Positions 37,585 to 50,507 of a stretch of DNA of 64,000 nt are shown one piece after another. The position numbers were made by a program, and so were the translations under genes. The DNA is from Cirrosporium novae-zelandiae (Eukaryota), in NCBI GenBank assembly GCA_026023565.1, contig JAPETS010000038.1:62001-126000 (forward strand), read 5' to 3'. A model generated the notes under the pieces. The model ran no database searches. It was not told where the DNA came from and saw only the letters and a list, made by a program, of their open reading frames with translations. How positions within the stretch are numbered: position 1 is the first letter of the stretch; every line of letters begins with the position of its first letter.

Positions 37585-38656
37585 GATGAGAGAACACCAG
37601 GATAGAAGGATCAGTGAAGAGATATGCTAGGAGCGCATCCACGCGAAAAGGTTAGGACATGGGTGTAAAGTAGAGTGAAATCAGCTGTTAGGAGCTGTTG
37701 TTCGTTTAATTTTGGGTTGCTGCAGATAATAATACAAGTTCAATTGCCGTAACTGATGGCCACTTCAAATCTCCTTTCCTGGCAGCGATCACTGAACTAA
37801 GAATGAAGCTTGAGGCAGGCCATAACCAGAAGAGAATGACGGAGTATGAACTTTGACAAGCGTCACAAGTTAGCAGTGGAGAAGAAATGTCTAGATATGG
37901 ATTCAGGAGAGAGACAGCTGTCCGATTTCTGAAAGGATCAGAGGAGATAATTGCTAGGGTCAAAGAACGGCGTGAGACCAGCGCCAACTCTGAATTTTAA
38001 AGCATGGGTTTTTTTGTCAAAAAAGGGTGGGATAGTGGACTTGCACAACTTTGGTTCTTGCCTCTAAGATTGGTTCCTTGATGCGGGACCGTCGAATAAG
38101 GATATTTTCTGGGGTATCCCCGATCATCCAGCTATTTTAGACCAAACATTTGATGGCTGAATTGTTGAACAAAGAACATGCATTGGCCTTTTTTGGCTTG
38201 TTAAATATAGGTTTTTTTTTTGTGTTATAACCATTGATTGAATTATTATTTTCCTTTTTTTTTTTCTTTTGCTGTTTTTGAATTTCAGAGTCACATCAGT
38301 TGAGACTTTTTTTATTAATTCCCCCCTTGGGTCTTGGGTGCACGGGACCCGGAGTGAACGGGTAAGCAAATAGGGCGAGCACTGCAAGCTCCCTAACTCC
38401 AAAAAAAGTCTATTACACATTTTTCAGGTACACGCATTATTACTATTTCGTTTTTTGCCGAAGGAAACAAAAGAATGATTAGTACTATAGTACTACAGTA
38501 CCACGGTTAAAAAAACATGGGAAGATGATAGATAGTTCATTGCTTACATGACGAAACACAAGGATGACAAATCATAAATTTAAAGGTGGTAATATTACTT
38601 ACATTCTATACTGCATACAGTACATACAATACGGTCAACACGTACAAGACATAATT

Positions 38657-38720
38657 ACAAAACAGACGAAACAAACAAAACATGCGAAACATACAAAACA
38701 CACCAGACGTACAAGACATA
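38657..38720. repeat. Degenerate 9-bp minisatellite (ACAAAACAN-like) upstream of PDI1
   Basis: acaaaacag acgaaacaa acaaaacat gcgaaacat acaaaacac accagacgt acaagacat. Confidence 0.7.
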
Positions 38721-39133
38721 CTTACCGCACACGGGGTTTCAGATACAGGAACAGGAACAGGTGGACAACGGAATTATTATTTCTAATCTCGAGGTTACCT
38801 TGTATTAATTGCTGGGTAGCTTTTCATACCTACCTACGGTATCTACTCGATTAACTCGGTCTAGCTTGAGGGGTCCAGGGCTCCTCGCATTGTTCTTTTG
38901 GTGCTCTCGGATGGTGCAGGGATCTAATCAATCACTAATCGATAGAAGTGGCCAGCTTTCAATAAGTGAACGAGTACCTTCCTTTATCAGGAACCTTTCG
39001 AAGCTCCCCCTCTTTTATTTAAATTCTTTCTATCTTTCAACCACTCCTACTCTTGGTGCATTTTCCACCTGCCCTCCATCTAATTCTAGAGTATTGATTA
39101 GACTCACTCATTCATAAAAGGCTTGCGGCCATT

Positions 39134-40883
39134 ATGCGGAGCTTCAGAAACGCTGCTTTCGGCCTGTTGGCTGCGGCGACCATTGCGGTAGCTTCAGACG
39201 TTCAGCAATTGGACAAGGACACCTTTCCTTCATTTATTAAAGAACACAACCTTGTCCTTGCCGAGTTTTTTGCTCCATGGTGTGGTCATTGCAAGGCGCT
39301 GGCACCTGAATATGAACAAGCTGCCACAGAATTGAAGGAGAAGAATATCCCTCTGGTCAAGATCGATTGTACCGAGGAGGGCGACCTATGCAAAGAGCAG
39401 GGCGTTGAGGGTTATCCTACCGTCAAGGTCTTCAGAGGTCCAGATAATGTCACACCTTATAGTGGCGCGAGAAAAGCACCAGCGTACGTTGAACTTCCTC
39501 CTCTCTGCTCATCAGAAAGTGGCGACTAACATTTGACTTGCTAGAATTGTCTCTTATATGACAAAACAATCCTTACCGGCAGTTACCCTTCTGACTCCAG
39601 AAACCATTGAGGACTTTAAGGTTCTGGATAAGGTTGTTCTTGTAGCATATATCGCTGCTGATGACAAGACATCAAATGAAACCTATATAGGTGTCGCTGA
39701 TGGTCTACGAAATGATTTCCTCTTCGGCGCCACCAATGACGCCGAGCTAGCCAAATCCGAGGGTGTGAAGCAGCCAGCTCTTGTTCTCTACAAGTCATTT
39801 GATGAGGGCAAAGTTATCTTCGATGGAAAAATCGAAAAGGATGCCATTGAGCAATTCGCAAAGACTGCCTCTATCCCACTAGTTGGCGAAGTTGGACCAG
39901 AAACTTATAGTAGCTATATGAGCGTGCGTACATCCTTCTCGATATTATACTATCAACTAACATCTTCAAGGCTGGCATCCCTCTTGCCTACATATTCGCC
40001 GAGACACCAGAGGAGCGAAAAGAAATTGCGGACGAGTTGAAATCTGTCGCTGAGAAGCACAAGGGCAAGATTAACTTCGCTACTATTGATGCCAAATCCT
40101 TTGGTGCTCATGCTGGAAACCTGAACCTTGAGCAAGGCAAATGGCCGGCATTTGCTATCCAGGACACTGTCAAGAACGAGAAGTTCCCTTATGATCAGAC
40201 CCAGAAGCTTACTAAAAAATCGGTTGGCAAGTTTGTTCAAGACTTCGCTGATGGCAAGATTGAACCTAGCATCAAATCTGAGCCTATTCCAGAAAAACAA
40301 GAGGGTCCCGTCACTGTTGTCGTAGCCCACTCCTACAAGGATATCGTCTTGGATGATACTAAGGATGTCCTCTTGGAATTCTATGCCCCATGGTGCGGTC
40401 ACTGCAAAGCGTAAGATGCTCTGTCACAGCGTTCATATCAGTTTACTAACAGCTTCCAGCCTCGCTCCCAAGTATGAAGAACTCGCCGGCCTTTATTTCA
40501 ACAACCCAAGCTTCTCCAATAAGGTAGTCGTTGCAAAGGTGGACGCCACTAACAATGATGTCCCTGATGAAATCCAAGGTTTCCCAACTATCAAGCTCTT
40601 CCCCGCTGGATCCAAGGATGCCCCCGTTAACTACCAGGGACCTCGTACTGTTGAAGACCTTGCCAAGTTTATCAAGGAGAAAGGCAAATACAACATTGAT
40701 GCATACAGCGAAAAGGCCGATGAAGAAATGCCTGATGCCGAGAGCATGGGCAAACAAGCGCCCGCAGCTTCTGAGGGTGGTGTGAAGGAATCCGTAAAGA
40801 GTGTGGCTAGTCAAGCAGCCGAGGCTGTGAAGACCGTCGTTGCCGATACTGACGACGTCCACGATGAACACGATGAGCTATAA
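39134..40883 (+). CDS. PDI1: Protein disulfide isomerase
   Basis: Signal peptide, two APWCGHCK active sites and C-terminal HDEL. Three introns. Confidence 0.98.
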
Positions 40884-41458
40884 GCACTAGTAATCTTTAT
40901 TCTGGTAAGAACGGCTGGCGACTGGGTCGATGTTTCATTTCCTCTTGGTTTCTCCTTTTTAAGGTCTATCGGGTACTGGGATAAAATGTATTCTTGAAAT
41001 AGGCTCTTCATTCACGCTTGGGACTAAAAAAAAAACAAGTATTTTGTCGCTTGAGGGTCGACAAAACAAGGGAGGCAGAAGATTGAGGCAGCTCACGTAG
41101 AAATGATGAGCCATGTCTGCAATGAATGATGTTTTAGCTAGGGCGTGGTTCACATATGAATGCAACTTTTTATCTATAATCGTACACGGTACCAAGTTCT
41201 TGAGAGACCTTTAACATATTCTTCCTGTTCACTCGGGCAATGACTACGTAAAGCAGAAATACCCCAAACCCGAACCACAAGGCAAGACAGATGGCATGAT
41301 CTGTCGCTGCTCATGTTCTTTACGAGCATCTAGCAAGGTTCCCCTAATCGCTTTTAGACATAGTCACAATAATCCCTTATACCTGATAGCTAAACTACCC
41401 ATAAACGCCGACGCTCATGCAACACAAACAATCACACTCCCACCTAACAGCCGAACCA

Positions 41459-42641
41459 TCAACTTTCCTCTTTATTTATATCCTCTGCCTCTGGAGGTTG
41501 TGTCGGGCTGGTCGCCATTGGGGGAGGAGGAACTCCCGATCCCACCTTTGGCGGCGGTGGGGGAACCGACATCCTCCCACTAGACGGCACATAATCCTCT
41601 TCGCGGCTCTTCTTCTCGCTTTCCGCAAAGTATTCGTCAAATGCCCTATTTGGAGAGATAGCATGCCGCATCTTCCTCCCGTGAGGTTTTCTTCCGTGTC
41701 CTGGAGCCATTGGCGATGCCGATGAGATTCGCGGTGGGCCTTGGGGAGGGGGCGAGGCGATAGTCGCCGGGACAAGGAAGTTGGGGAAGCCGGATTGGGT
41801 ATCTTGTGGGGAGAATGAGGGAGCGGCGGCGGGGGTGAAGAGATCATCCGGGGAGTCGGACGTGGGAGGAGGTTGGTTTTCGGATTGAGATTCTTCGAAC
41901 CGTGTGTGTTCAAAGAGGGTCTCTCCTGGACCCTGCGGGGGCTCAGTTAATGCGGCGGGGATGCGGTGTAGTGCGCCATATCCTAGGACACAGCCTAGAG
42001 CTCCGCTACCGCCCCATGATCGAGAGGGGGTTATGGTGACGAGGCGGGTAATGTCGTATTCATGGTTATAAACATATAGGCGTAGAGGGCGATCCAGGTA
42101 GTCTTCCAGTAGCTCTGAGAGTCCTGCTTCACCCCGTACAATTCCTTCGGGGGTTCCAATTATATAGTCTCCGTAAGGGAGAAGGCCCGCAGTGTCCGCG
42201 GGGGAGGAGGGGATGATGTCCAGGATATGCCATACGTCTTCGGTAATAAGGATATTATTCCATTGGAGAGTCAGCCCGAGGGAAGGGGATGAAGCGGGAA
42301 CTGGAAGGCGAAGATCAAATGTCCGCTGGCCTTTGGCACTCCAGAGAGTGAGGGACACACTGGAGGAGGCACAGTTACGGACTTCGGTTGCGAAGAGATT
42401 GGGATCCGAATCATCCTAAGAGTCGCGATCAGCATTGCTTCACCCTAATAAGTTAGGGAAGGGAAGAAAGTACGATCAGTCGGCCATTTATACCAACGAT
42501 AAAGTCAAACCACGGCTCGATAGGAATATCCTGATTTTCGTTGCGGAGAACTTGAAAGCCGAATGCGTTCTGCTGCTTTGAGCCCTGAGAGGGAACATCG
42601 GCGTCAAGCCGTGATATAAATCTGTTGAGAGCACCGAACAT
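41459..42641 (-). CDS. GRH1: GRASP55/65 family Golgi reassembly stacking protein
   Basis: MFGALNRFISRLD amphipathic N-terminus, GFQVL, IEPWFDFIVGING, SPADTAGLLPYGDYIIG and WGGSGALGCVLGYGALHRIP. One intron at ~42417-42473. Confidence 0.93.
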
Positions 42642-42870
42642 TGCTGCTGACTGGTTCTTCGGAAATTTGTAGACTTTGGAGGCTATCTTCTCGCAAGCTT
42701 CAAGGACAAGCTGTCGCGTCGCGGGCGCAAGGAGCAAACCGTGCAAACACAGTCAGTCCAATTTCTGCCTCGGTGAAAGCTTCTAACAATTTCGTGGTAA
42801 TCGATAACCATTTAATTACTTTGTATATATAGGCTATGGGAAGAAGACTAATGTCAAGATCAAGACAAAG

Positions 42871-43858
42871 ATGGGGAAGAAACGCTCTCGGAGTCAGGCA
42901 AATAAAATAAATGAAGAACAACCACCACCTGGATGCCAGCATTATTCGTCAATTAGTGAAGTTCCCTGGGATAACCAATCGTATTTTATATTACCCATAT
43001 TACCAAGAGACTGTTTACTTACATGCTCCTTAGATATTGGCACCAACGCTACAGTCTTTTTTCAAGATATGATGAAGGGATCTGGTTAACAGATGATGCG
43101 TGGTTTGGGGTCACCCCTGAACCAGTAGCAGAATATGTATGTTCAAGACCCATTTCCTAATACCATCCATCTGCTAAGTAATCATACAAAAGATTGCAGA
43201 ACATACTAGTACCGCGATATCAGAAAACAAGAGTATTCTCATTGACGCGTTTGCCGGTGCAGGGGGCAACACCATTGCTTTTGCAAAGTCGGGCCGCTGG
43301 AAGAGAGTTTATGGTGTCGAGAAAGACCCGGCAGTTCTAGCTTGTGCAAAGCATAATGCTGAGATATATGGAGTCTCCGACTTAATCACCTGGTATGAAG
43401 GCGACTGTTTTGAGGTCCTCGATGGGCCGTTAAAGGATACTGGAGAATATGCTGTGGTATTTGCCAGCCCCCCATGGGGAGGTATGTATGCCATTCCTTG
43501 CTTTTAGACGGATCGTACTAAGGCAGAAAGGCCCTGGATATCGATCTGATGAGATATTCAATCTTACAACCATGCAACCATATTCTCTCGAACAGCTCTA
43601 TCGGGCGTATGCGAAGCTTACTCCCGATATCATCCTCTACCTTCCCCGGACCTCTGATTTGCGGCAGCTTGCTAAGTATGCCAGTGAAGAAAACAGGGTC
43701 AAGGTAATGCATTATTGCATGGAGGGGGCAAGTAAGGTGAGCAAATGACCTCGGGGTTGTTTAAATATTTCAGGATCACTAACATGGTTGCCTAGGCTCT
43801 CTGCGCTTATTATGGCTCTTTTCAATGGCCAGCTGATGAAAACGGCGTTACTTCGTAA
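42871..43858 (+). CDS. TGS1: Trimethylguanosine synthase (RNA cap hypermethylase)
   Basis: YWHQRYSLFSRYDEGIWLTDDAWFGVTPEPVA, LIDAFAGAGGNTIAFA, AKHNAEIYGV, VFASPPWG|GPGY and LYLPRTSD. Four introns. Confidence 0.94.
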
Positions 43859-43882
43859 ATAGATAGGTAGTTTGCAAAGGAA

Positions 43883-43970
43883 TCTCACATTCCTTTTCAA
43901 AATAGTCTTAAATTCTTATTCAAAGTAATCTTGAATTCCTTTCAAAATAGTCTCAAATTCCTTTTCAAAC
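43883..43970. repeat. ~23-bp tandem repeat x4 (consensus TCTYAAATTCCTTTTCAAAATAG)
   Basis: Four adjacent degenerate units just 3' of TGS1. Confidence 0.85.
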
Positions 43971-44328
43971 TCCTTTACAACAGATAGTAGAAGATATCTC
44001 AAATCCAACCTTTAAAAAAACCATTGGTCTACAGCGTAGTTTATTGAATTCATTGAGGACGGCTGAAGGACTATTCTCATTCGCTAGATTTTGGCGCGCG
44101 CTTATTTATAGAATTTTGCCGCCAATAATTCTATCAAGTTACAACTACCAACATCGATTTACGACTACGCCAAGTATTCACGCGCCAGCGTACCTTGACC
44201 TCACAAATACCATTCTATTCGACGAGACCGACCGGTATCCGAATACTAATGGTAATCAGAACTCACCTTAGTCTTTCGACCTCACGCGCCGAAAGCTAGC
44301 GCAATTTCCGAATCAGCGTAGTTTGACT

Positions 44329-47300
44329 ATGGCCAGCACTATATCTTTCCCAACGATGCCGGATCTTCATTTGTTAGATGATGGGTTACCAAACAACATG
44401 CCACACGCAACAGAACCCAAGAAGGCGCAGAATGATGATGATGATTTCAACAAACTGATGGGAAGCTTAGCGGGGAATGATGGAGAATTTGAATTTCAGA
44501 TACCTGACCTTGGGCCCACAGAGAAGGCAGAAGATGCGATTGACTATGAAGATATAGATGATGATGATTTGGCAGATGAAGAATATGATGAAGTAGAAGG
44601 GGGGGCGGTACAACCCTTGCATAGCGGAAAAGGACTAGAAAGAGATTCTTCCCCTGGTCTAGATGGGCTTTTTGAAGATGGTGCTTTGCCCGAGGGTGAT
44701 GGAGATGGAGCTGGAGATATCGACTTCGACGACCTTTTTGGAGATGGTTCTCCTCCGGCCCCGGAGCCTGAAGTTGCTACTGAGCCTGGTGCTCTAACAC
44801 AACCTACAGACCTGCATAATAGTTTATATGATCATGTTCACGAAGCTCTACGGAGCCCTTCTCCAGACACAACAGATCAACTCCCACCAAGATCTCCCCT
44901 GTTTTCCAGGCCTGGAGCTGAAGATGATGTTCCCATGTCGAGGGAGCAGCAGCTGCAACAACAACTGTTTGCCATGTCCCGAGTTGGCATAGATATTCCA
45001 CCTGCACCTCCACAGAACCTTGAAGAACTTCTTGCGTCCCTCTGGCCTAAATTTGAGAAAGCAAGGATTCCTCGGTTTTTGGAACTGCTCCCCCCTAAGA
45101 AGGCGCACTACGTCGGCAAAACCCCTTTAAAGATCCCTAAAACCGTCCGCCCCACAAAAGTCAATATTGAGATCGCCCCAGAACAAGAGAAACTGTTTCG
45201 GTTGAATGCAGTTGCGGGTCAGCAGCCGCAAGTTCAGAACGAAGAAAACGGATTAATTCCTATTACGGTGGTTGAGACAAATGAACAAAGTAGCGATGTA
45301 GAGGATATTATGGATATTGATCAAGATGATGATGTTGGTGGAGTTGGAATGAATGATTTGCGGATACTATGCGCGGACTGGGATACCTTTTCTTTGCCAT
45401 CAGATACAGAGGATGAACGCGAAACAGTGGCGAACTATCCCAAAACAGACGATATCTATGCGGATTTCATGGATGACCCTTTCCAGCCTCCGGTTAAACG
45501 CCATAAATCAAATGTAATAGAGGAGATCTTGTCAACACCTCGATTCGCCATACCGCCCTCCTTTGACAACTTTGAACAGGCCACACAGAAGCTTGCTAAA
45601 CGTGTTACATTGGATCTCAATGACCCTCATCTTCTAGTCGATATTCGTGCGCCAGAGACTACTCCGAGGAAACGTACCTTTGGCGACTTTAGAAAAGATG
45701 TCAGTGGTAGCCTTACAAAAAAGTTATTTCAACGATTCAACCAATCCAACGACGAATCTTATGACCATCTTAAAGAGAACCACCAGAACAAGGTAAGAAG
45801 CACCCTTGGAAACCTTAGCGTCGTACACAGCATGCCCGCGCAAAGGTTACAATGGCCATATTATCGTACCAAGCTTGGGAAGGTGGAGGCGCGGACATTC
45901 CATAGACCAAAATCTCGATTTCATCCCGGTGTTACTGAGATCTTCTCCCAACCTAACATCGTCAAACGTAAGAATAGAAGGAACAAAGATGCGCCCTCGT
46001 TGTTTGCAACCACCAAGGATTTGTCACTTGGAGATAACTCGTCTGCTTTGCTACTTGAATATTCGGAAGAGCACCCAATCAGTTTGTCAAACTTTGGCAT
46101 GGGCAATCGATTAGTAAACTACTACCGCCGTAAGAATGTTGACGATGACTCACGTCCTAAACTTGATCTGGGCGAAACAAACATATTGATGCCTCAGGAC
46201 AAAAGTCCATTTTCAATCTTTGGACATATTGACCCTGGCGAAATCACGCCAACGTTACACAATGCCATGTTTAAAGCACCGGTGTTCAAACAGGAGCCCA
46301 AATCTACAGACTTCTTATTTATCAAGAGTACCACAGGTGTTCAAGGGTCACGTCACTATCTTCGAAACATCGAAAACCTCGTGGTTGTGGGTCAACAGTT
46401 TCCCTCGGTGGATGTCCCCGGTCCGCATTCGAGAAAAGTCACCACTGCAGCTAAGAACCGTCTGAAGATGGTATCTTACCGAATTATTAAACGAAAGCCT
46501 TCCCACCGCATCGGTGTCGCCGAGGTTACTAAGCATTTCCCAGAGACAACAGATATGCAGAATCGGCAGAAGATGAAAGAATTTATGCAGTTTTCGAAAG
46601 AGCACAAAGAATGGGAGATGAGATCCGGTGAATCGATTCCAGAGGAAGACACTGTTAGAGCCTTGATTAAGCCGGAGGACGTTTGCCTCCTCGAATCTAT
46701 GCAGGTTGGTCAACAGCATCTCATGGATTCAGGTTATAGCAAAGAAGATGAGGAATCCGATAACGACGATGAGAAAGAAGGCCCAAGCATCGAACAACAA
46801 CTTGCTCCTTGGCATACCACCAGGAACTTTATCAACGCAACCCAAGGTAAAGCAATGCTACAATTACATGGCGAAGGTGATCCATCAGGACGCGGTGAAG
46901 CATTCAGTTTCATCAAAACATCCATGAAGGGTGGTTTCAAAGCCATCGGCGAAAGCGCCAACGACAAACTTGATGCTGCAAAACAGAAGGAGCTTGGTGG
47001 CCATAGTTATAATGTTGCACGACAGCAGAAAGCCTATGAAGATTCAATCCGTCGGATCTGGGATTCTCAGAAAGCCAGTCTATCGTCAACGATTGAGCAC
47101 TCAGATGCAGATATGGACATTGACAACGAAGAGGAGCAGGATGGTCTCTATACTAGTGCCCCAACCCCTAGATCGACGGTTCATACTCCAGCCGCTTTCT
47201 CAAGCCGACACGATGATGAGTCCATGAGTCAGTTTAGCCGGTTCAGCACTTCTAGTCAGAATGGCAAGGTGCTCCGTCTCACAAGGAAAATTAAGAATAA

Positions 47301-48069
47301 ACGTGGTGAGATCGAGACAGTTCAGGAGGTCATCAAAGATCATCGGGTTATCAAGCAATACATGAAACGACGTCGTGAGAAAGAGGTATTAGAAATGACG
47401 TATGTCTATTTTAATTCCGTCAGTTTCTTTGCAGCCTCGCAACTAATTAGGATTCTTAGAATTACCGACCTAAAGCCAACCGGAGACGCAGAGCAGGACA
47501 AGGCTAAAATGAAATTGTCTGTCAAGGTTCTCCTTCCCTTTATACTGACTCGCTAACAGATACACAGAGTTGAGAAAGAGTTGGCTCGTCTTCAGCGCAA
47601 TAAAGAACGTCGTCTTGCTCGTGACAAACAAAAGGGTCTTTCTACAGATGCTGTGATGTCGCCAGGTTCACCGGCGACACCTGGTCCTAAGGAAAAGCCC
47701 ACAGGAACACAGAGAAAGTGTGCAAATTGCGGACAAGTTGGTCATATTAAGACAAACAAAAAGTGCAGTGGCAATCCTTCTTTATCTTCACAATAATTTC
47801 TTCTCCATCATTACTCCTTACCCTTTCCGATGTCTAACCTTCCTACCCCTATCTACTTATTTTTTACACTACGACTCAACACTTTTCTCCCTTGATTGTC
47901 CCTTGAATATTTAAATATCCTCCCCAAAATGACCAATATCCTTATACAATGTTATACTAACATAATTTTTGTTGGTAGACTCTGCCCCCTCCTTAACGGG
48001 ACAATGAAGCAAGAAGACACCTTTTCGGGGTCTGCTTTTTCGCTCGGAAACGAGCCTCCTACAATGTAA
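44329..48069 (+). CDS. TAF1: TFIID subunit Taf1
   Basis: Acidic TAND region with DAIDYEDIDDDDLADEE, a DUF3591 core (LLEYSEEHP..LSNFGMG, VPGPHSRKVT, LAPWHTTRNFINATQGKAMLQLHGEGDPSGRGEAFSFIKTSMKGGF) and a zinc knuckle CANCGQVGHIKTNKK|LCP. Three introns near the 3' end. Confidence 0.96.
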
Positions 48070-49027
48070 CATGGCTTACTTCATCCCACGATCCAAGTGT
48101 ACGAACTCCTGATTCTTCCTCATCTTCACTCCAATATGGACATGAACCACTGGGGTCTTTTTAAGGTACTCATTTCTTTGTACAAAATCCAAAAGTCGGT
48201 TTCATATATATATTTTTTAATTCAGCACCATTTAATTTCGATTTCGGCTTCGTCATTTGCAGGCAAATGACAAGCCATGACGAAGGCGTTTAGGGAAGCA
48301 TAACAATGGCATATGACCGGTCATCCCGGGGAGTTAGGGGGAAGATTTGGTTCGGGTTAGTATTTTTTTTTAAGCATTAGCGCTGGATTAGGCAAGTTTA
48401 TCATGGCCTTTTTTCTTTTTACTAGCGACGGGGAGTTTATCTCTTGAAAGGTTGGCTTTTGTTCTCTCTTTCCCAAGGGCGAGCAACTCTAAAAAGCTAT
48501 TTCGAATTTTGGCATTGTTCCTTTTTTTATTTCTCAGTCATTAGCTTTTTTTTGGAGGAGTGGTAGCTCAGCTAAGCTAAGCTACTCGAGACACTTGAAA
48601 CACAAAATCGTATATGTAGATAGTAGGGTTTAACTTGTTATTACCGCTACTTTTTTCAAATGGAAACAGAGAGAGAGATGATACCCAAAGACCCAATTAG
48701 TTTATAGAATGGAATGCATAATTGCAAAAGGTACCTACCTGGTTGGTAGGTATGGTTGTTTGGAATGGAGTGAAGGAGTTGAAGGGGTGAAGTGGAAAGG
48801 GAAGGGGAGGGAAATAACCATTAGTTCGGGATTTTAGAAGGGGGGGGGGAGGATTGATTAATCCCTCCAAGCTGCCCTGTTTTTAGGCGTGCTATGTAGA
48901 GACTAGCTATTGGGGTTGGTTGGAAGGGGAGGGATGTATGTATAGTATGTATGTATGTATGGAACCAAAAAGGGGTTTGAAATGCTAGGTAACCTACCTA
49001 GGTTACTTAGAAAGAAGGGAAGGCCTC

Positions 49028-49080
<53 letters not shown>
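49028..49080. repeat. Compound (TA)n(TG)15 microsatellite in a low-complexity spacer (~48.6-50.4 kb)
   Basis: Read directly from the sequence. Confidence 0.9.
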
Positions 49081-49084
<4 letters not shown>

Positions 49085-50507
49085 AGTGGGAGAGAATGGG
49101 ATAGAAGGGAGGGATAGATTGGAGATTGGAGGTTGGGAGATTACTTACTTGTGTGTGTATATATACGTATATATCAGGGATCAGAGGTGAAGAGATTGAA
49201 AAATATGGGAAATGGTTGTATGAATTAGGAGTATAGGATATATATATATGTATATATCTAGGTACTGTACACATACGTATATACCTCCTACCTACCTCCT
49301 ACCTTCTATCTACCCCCCAATCCATGCGATTTTCTAAACCTCAATCTTGAACCCCCAACCCTCAACCTCCAACCCCTCCTCTCCTTTCCCTTTCCCTTTC
49401 CCCAACCCCTCTTTTCCCTTTTCCTATCCCTTTTCCTCTTTCACCGGAGGTAGGTAGGTGGGTTATAGATATACGCCACGTCCCCTTTTTCTAATCATCG
49501 TTAGGTAAGAGTGTTTGTTAAGTTTACTCTTTTAATACGTTCCTCCAGTTCCTCTACTTCCTCTCTCTCTCTTTCCCCCTCCCTTTTTTTGTTTTCCCTT
49601 GAAGAAAAGAATGCGAAAAAAAAAGGAGGGGTAAGATAGGTTTGGAGATGTGGATATAAGGATTTGGATAGAATGAATAATTTTTCCTTTCCTTTCTTGA
49701 TTTGTTTATTATACATGATATAGTGCTTGTAAGCTTGTAGGCTGTCCCTCACATCTCTCTTCTCTTCTCGATCCTCTCAGATCGATAGATCCCTCCCTTC
49801 CTCGTGATTCATACAAACAACACCAACCAGCCTGCTAATTAACCAAGCCAGTTTGGATTTTGATTTCCAATTCCGAAAATAAACGAGAGGGAAAAAAAGA
49901 AAGAAAAGAAAGATATAAAAAAACAGGGGGAATAGAAATAAATAACTAACCACCTAGATTTGGCAAAACAAAAAAAGGGGATCCGGCCACCATTCACTAC
50001 GCTCATTCATTCATCCACTCACTCGCTACCCCCAAAAAAAGAAAAAGAAATCCCACCCCTCCTGGCCCGCAGGTCTGCCGGTCCCGACTCCTACTCCCCC
50101 ACTCACTCCTGGTGTCTAGAGGGAGTAGTAAAAGTAAAAGTAAAAGTAAAAGTAAAAGAAATGCTGTACTGTGCTATGCTTGCTTCCTTTCCACTTTCAC
50201 GCGTTTTTTTCATTAGTGGTATTTTTTTCAAGATATGATGAGAAAAGGAAGAGAGATTGAGGGAAAGGGAGAGAGAAAGCTCATCCACTTGGTGGTTGTT
50301 TCCTCCGCTCCGCTCCGCTATAATCCATGTCTCGCATCTCTATGCGAGCGCGCGCGTGTGTGTATGTGTTTTCTGTACATGTCTGTAAAAGATGGAGCCT
50401 CCCAGGTGTGAATTTAGTTCCATCCGTTTGACTTTTTTTAAAAAATGTTCATATCAATTATTTGAAAGTTTTTCTTCTTCTGCTTTAACTTTCTTTTTTC
50501 CCAAGTT

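Noticed and set aside
43883..43970. CRISPR-like array
   Set aside because: The units are contiguous with no spacers, the genome is eukaryotic and there are no cas genes.
48600..50400. Short ORFs and repeated TACC/GGTA palindromic words in the TAF1-MED14 spacer
   Set aside because: These are simple-sequence repeats typical of the window's spacers, with no coding or transposon signature.
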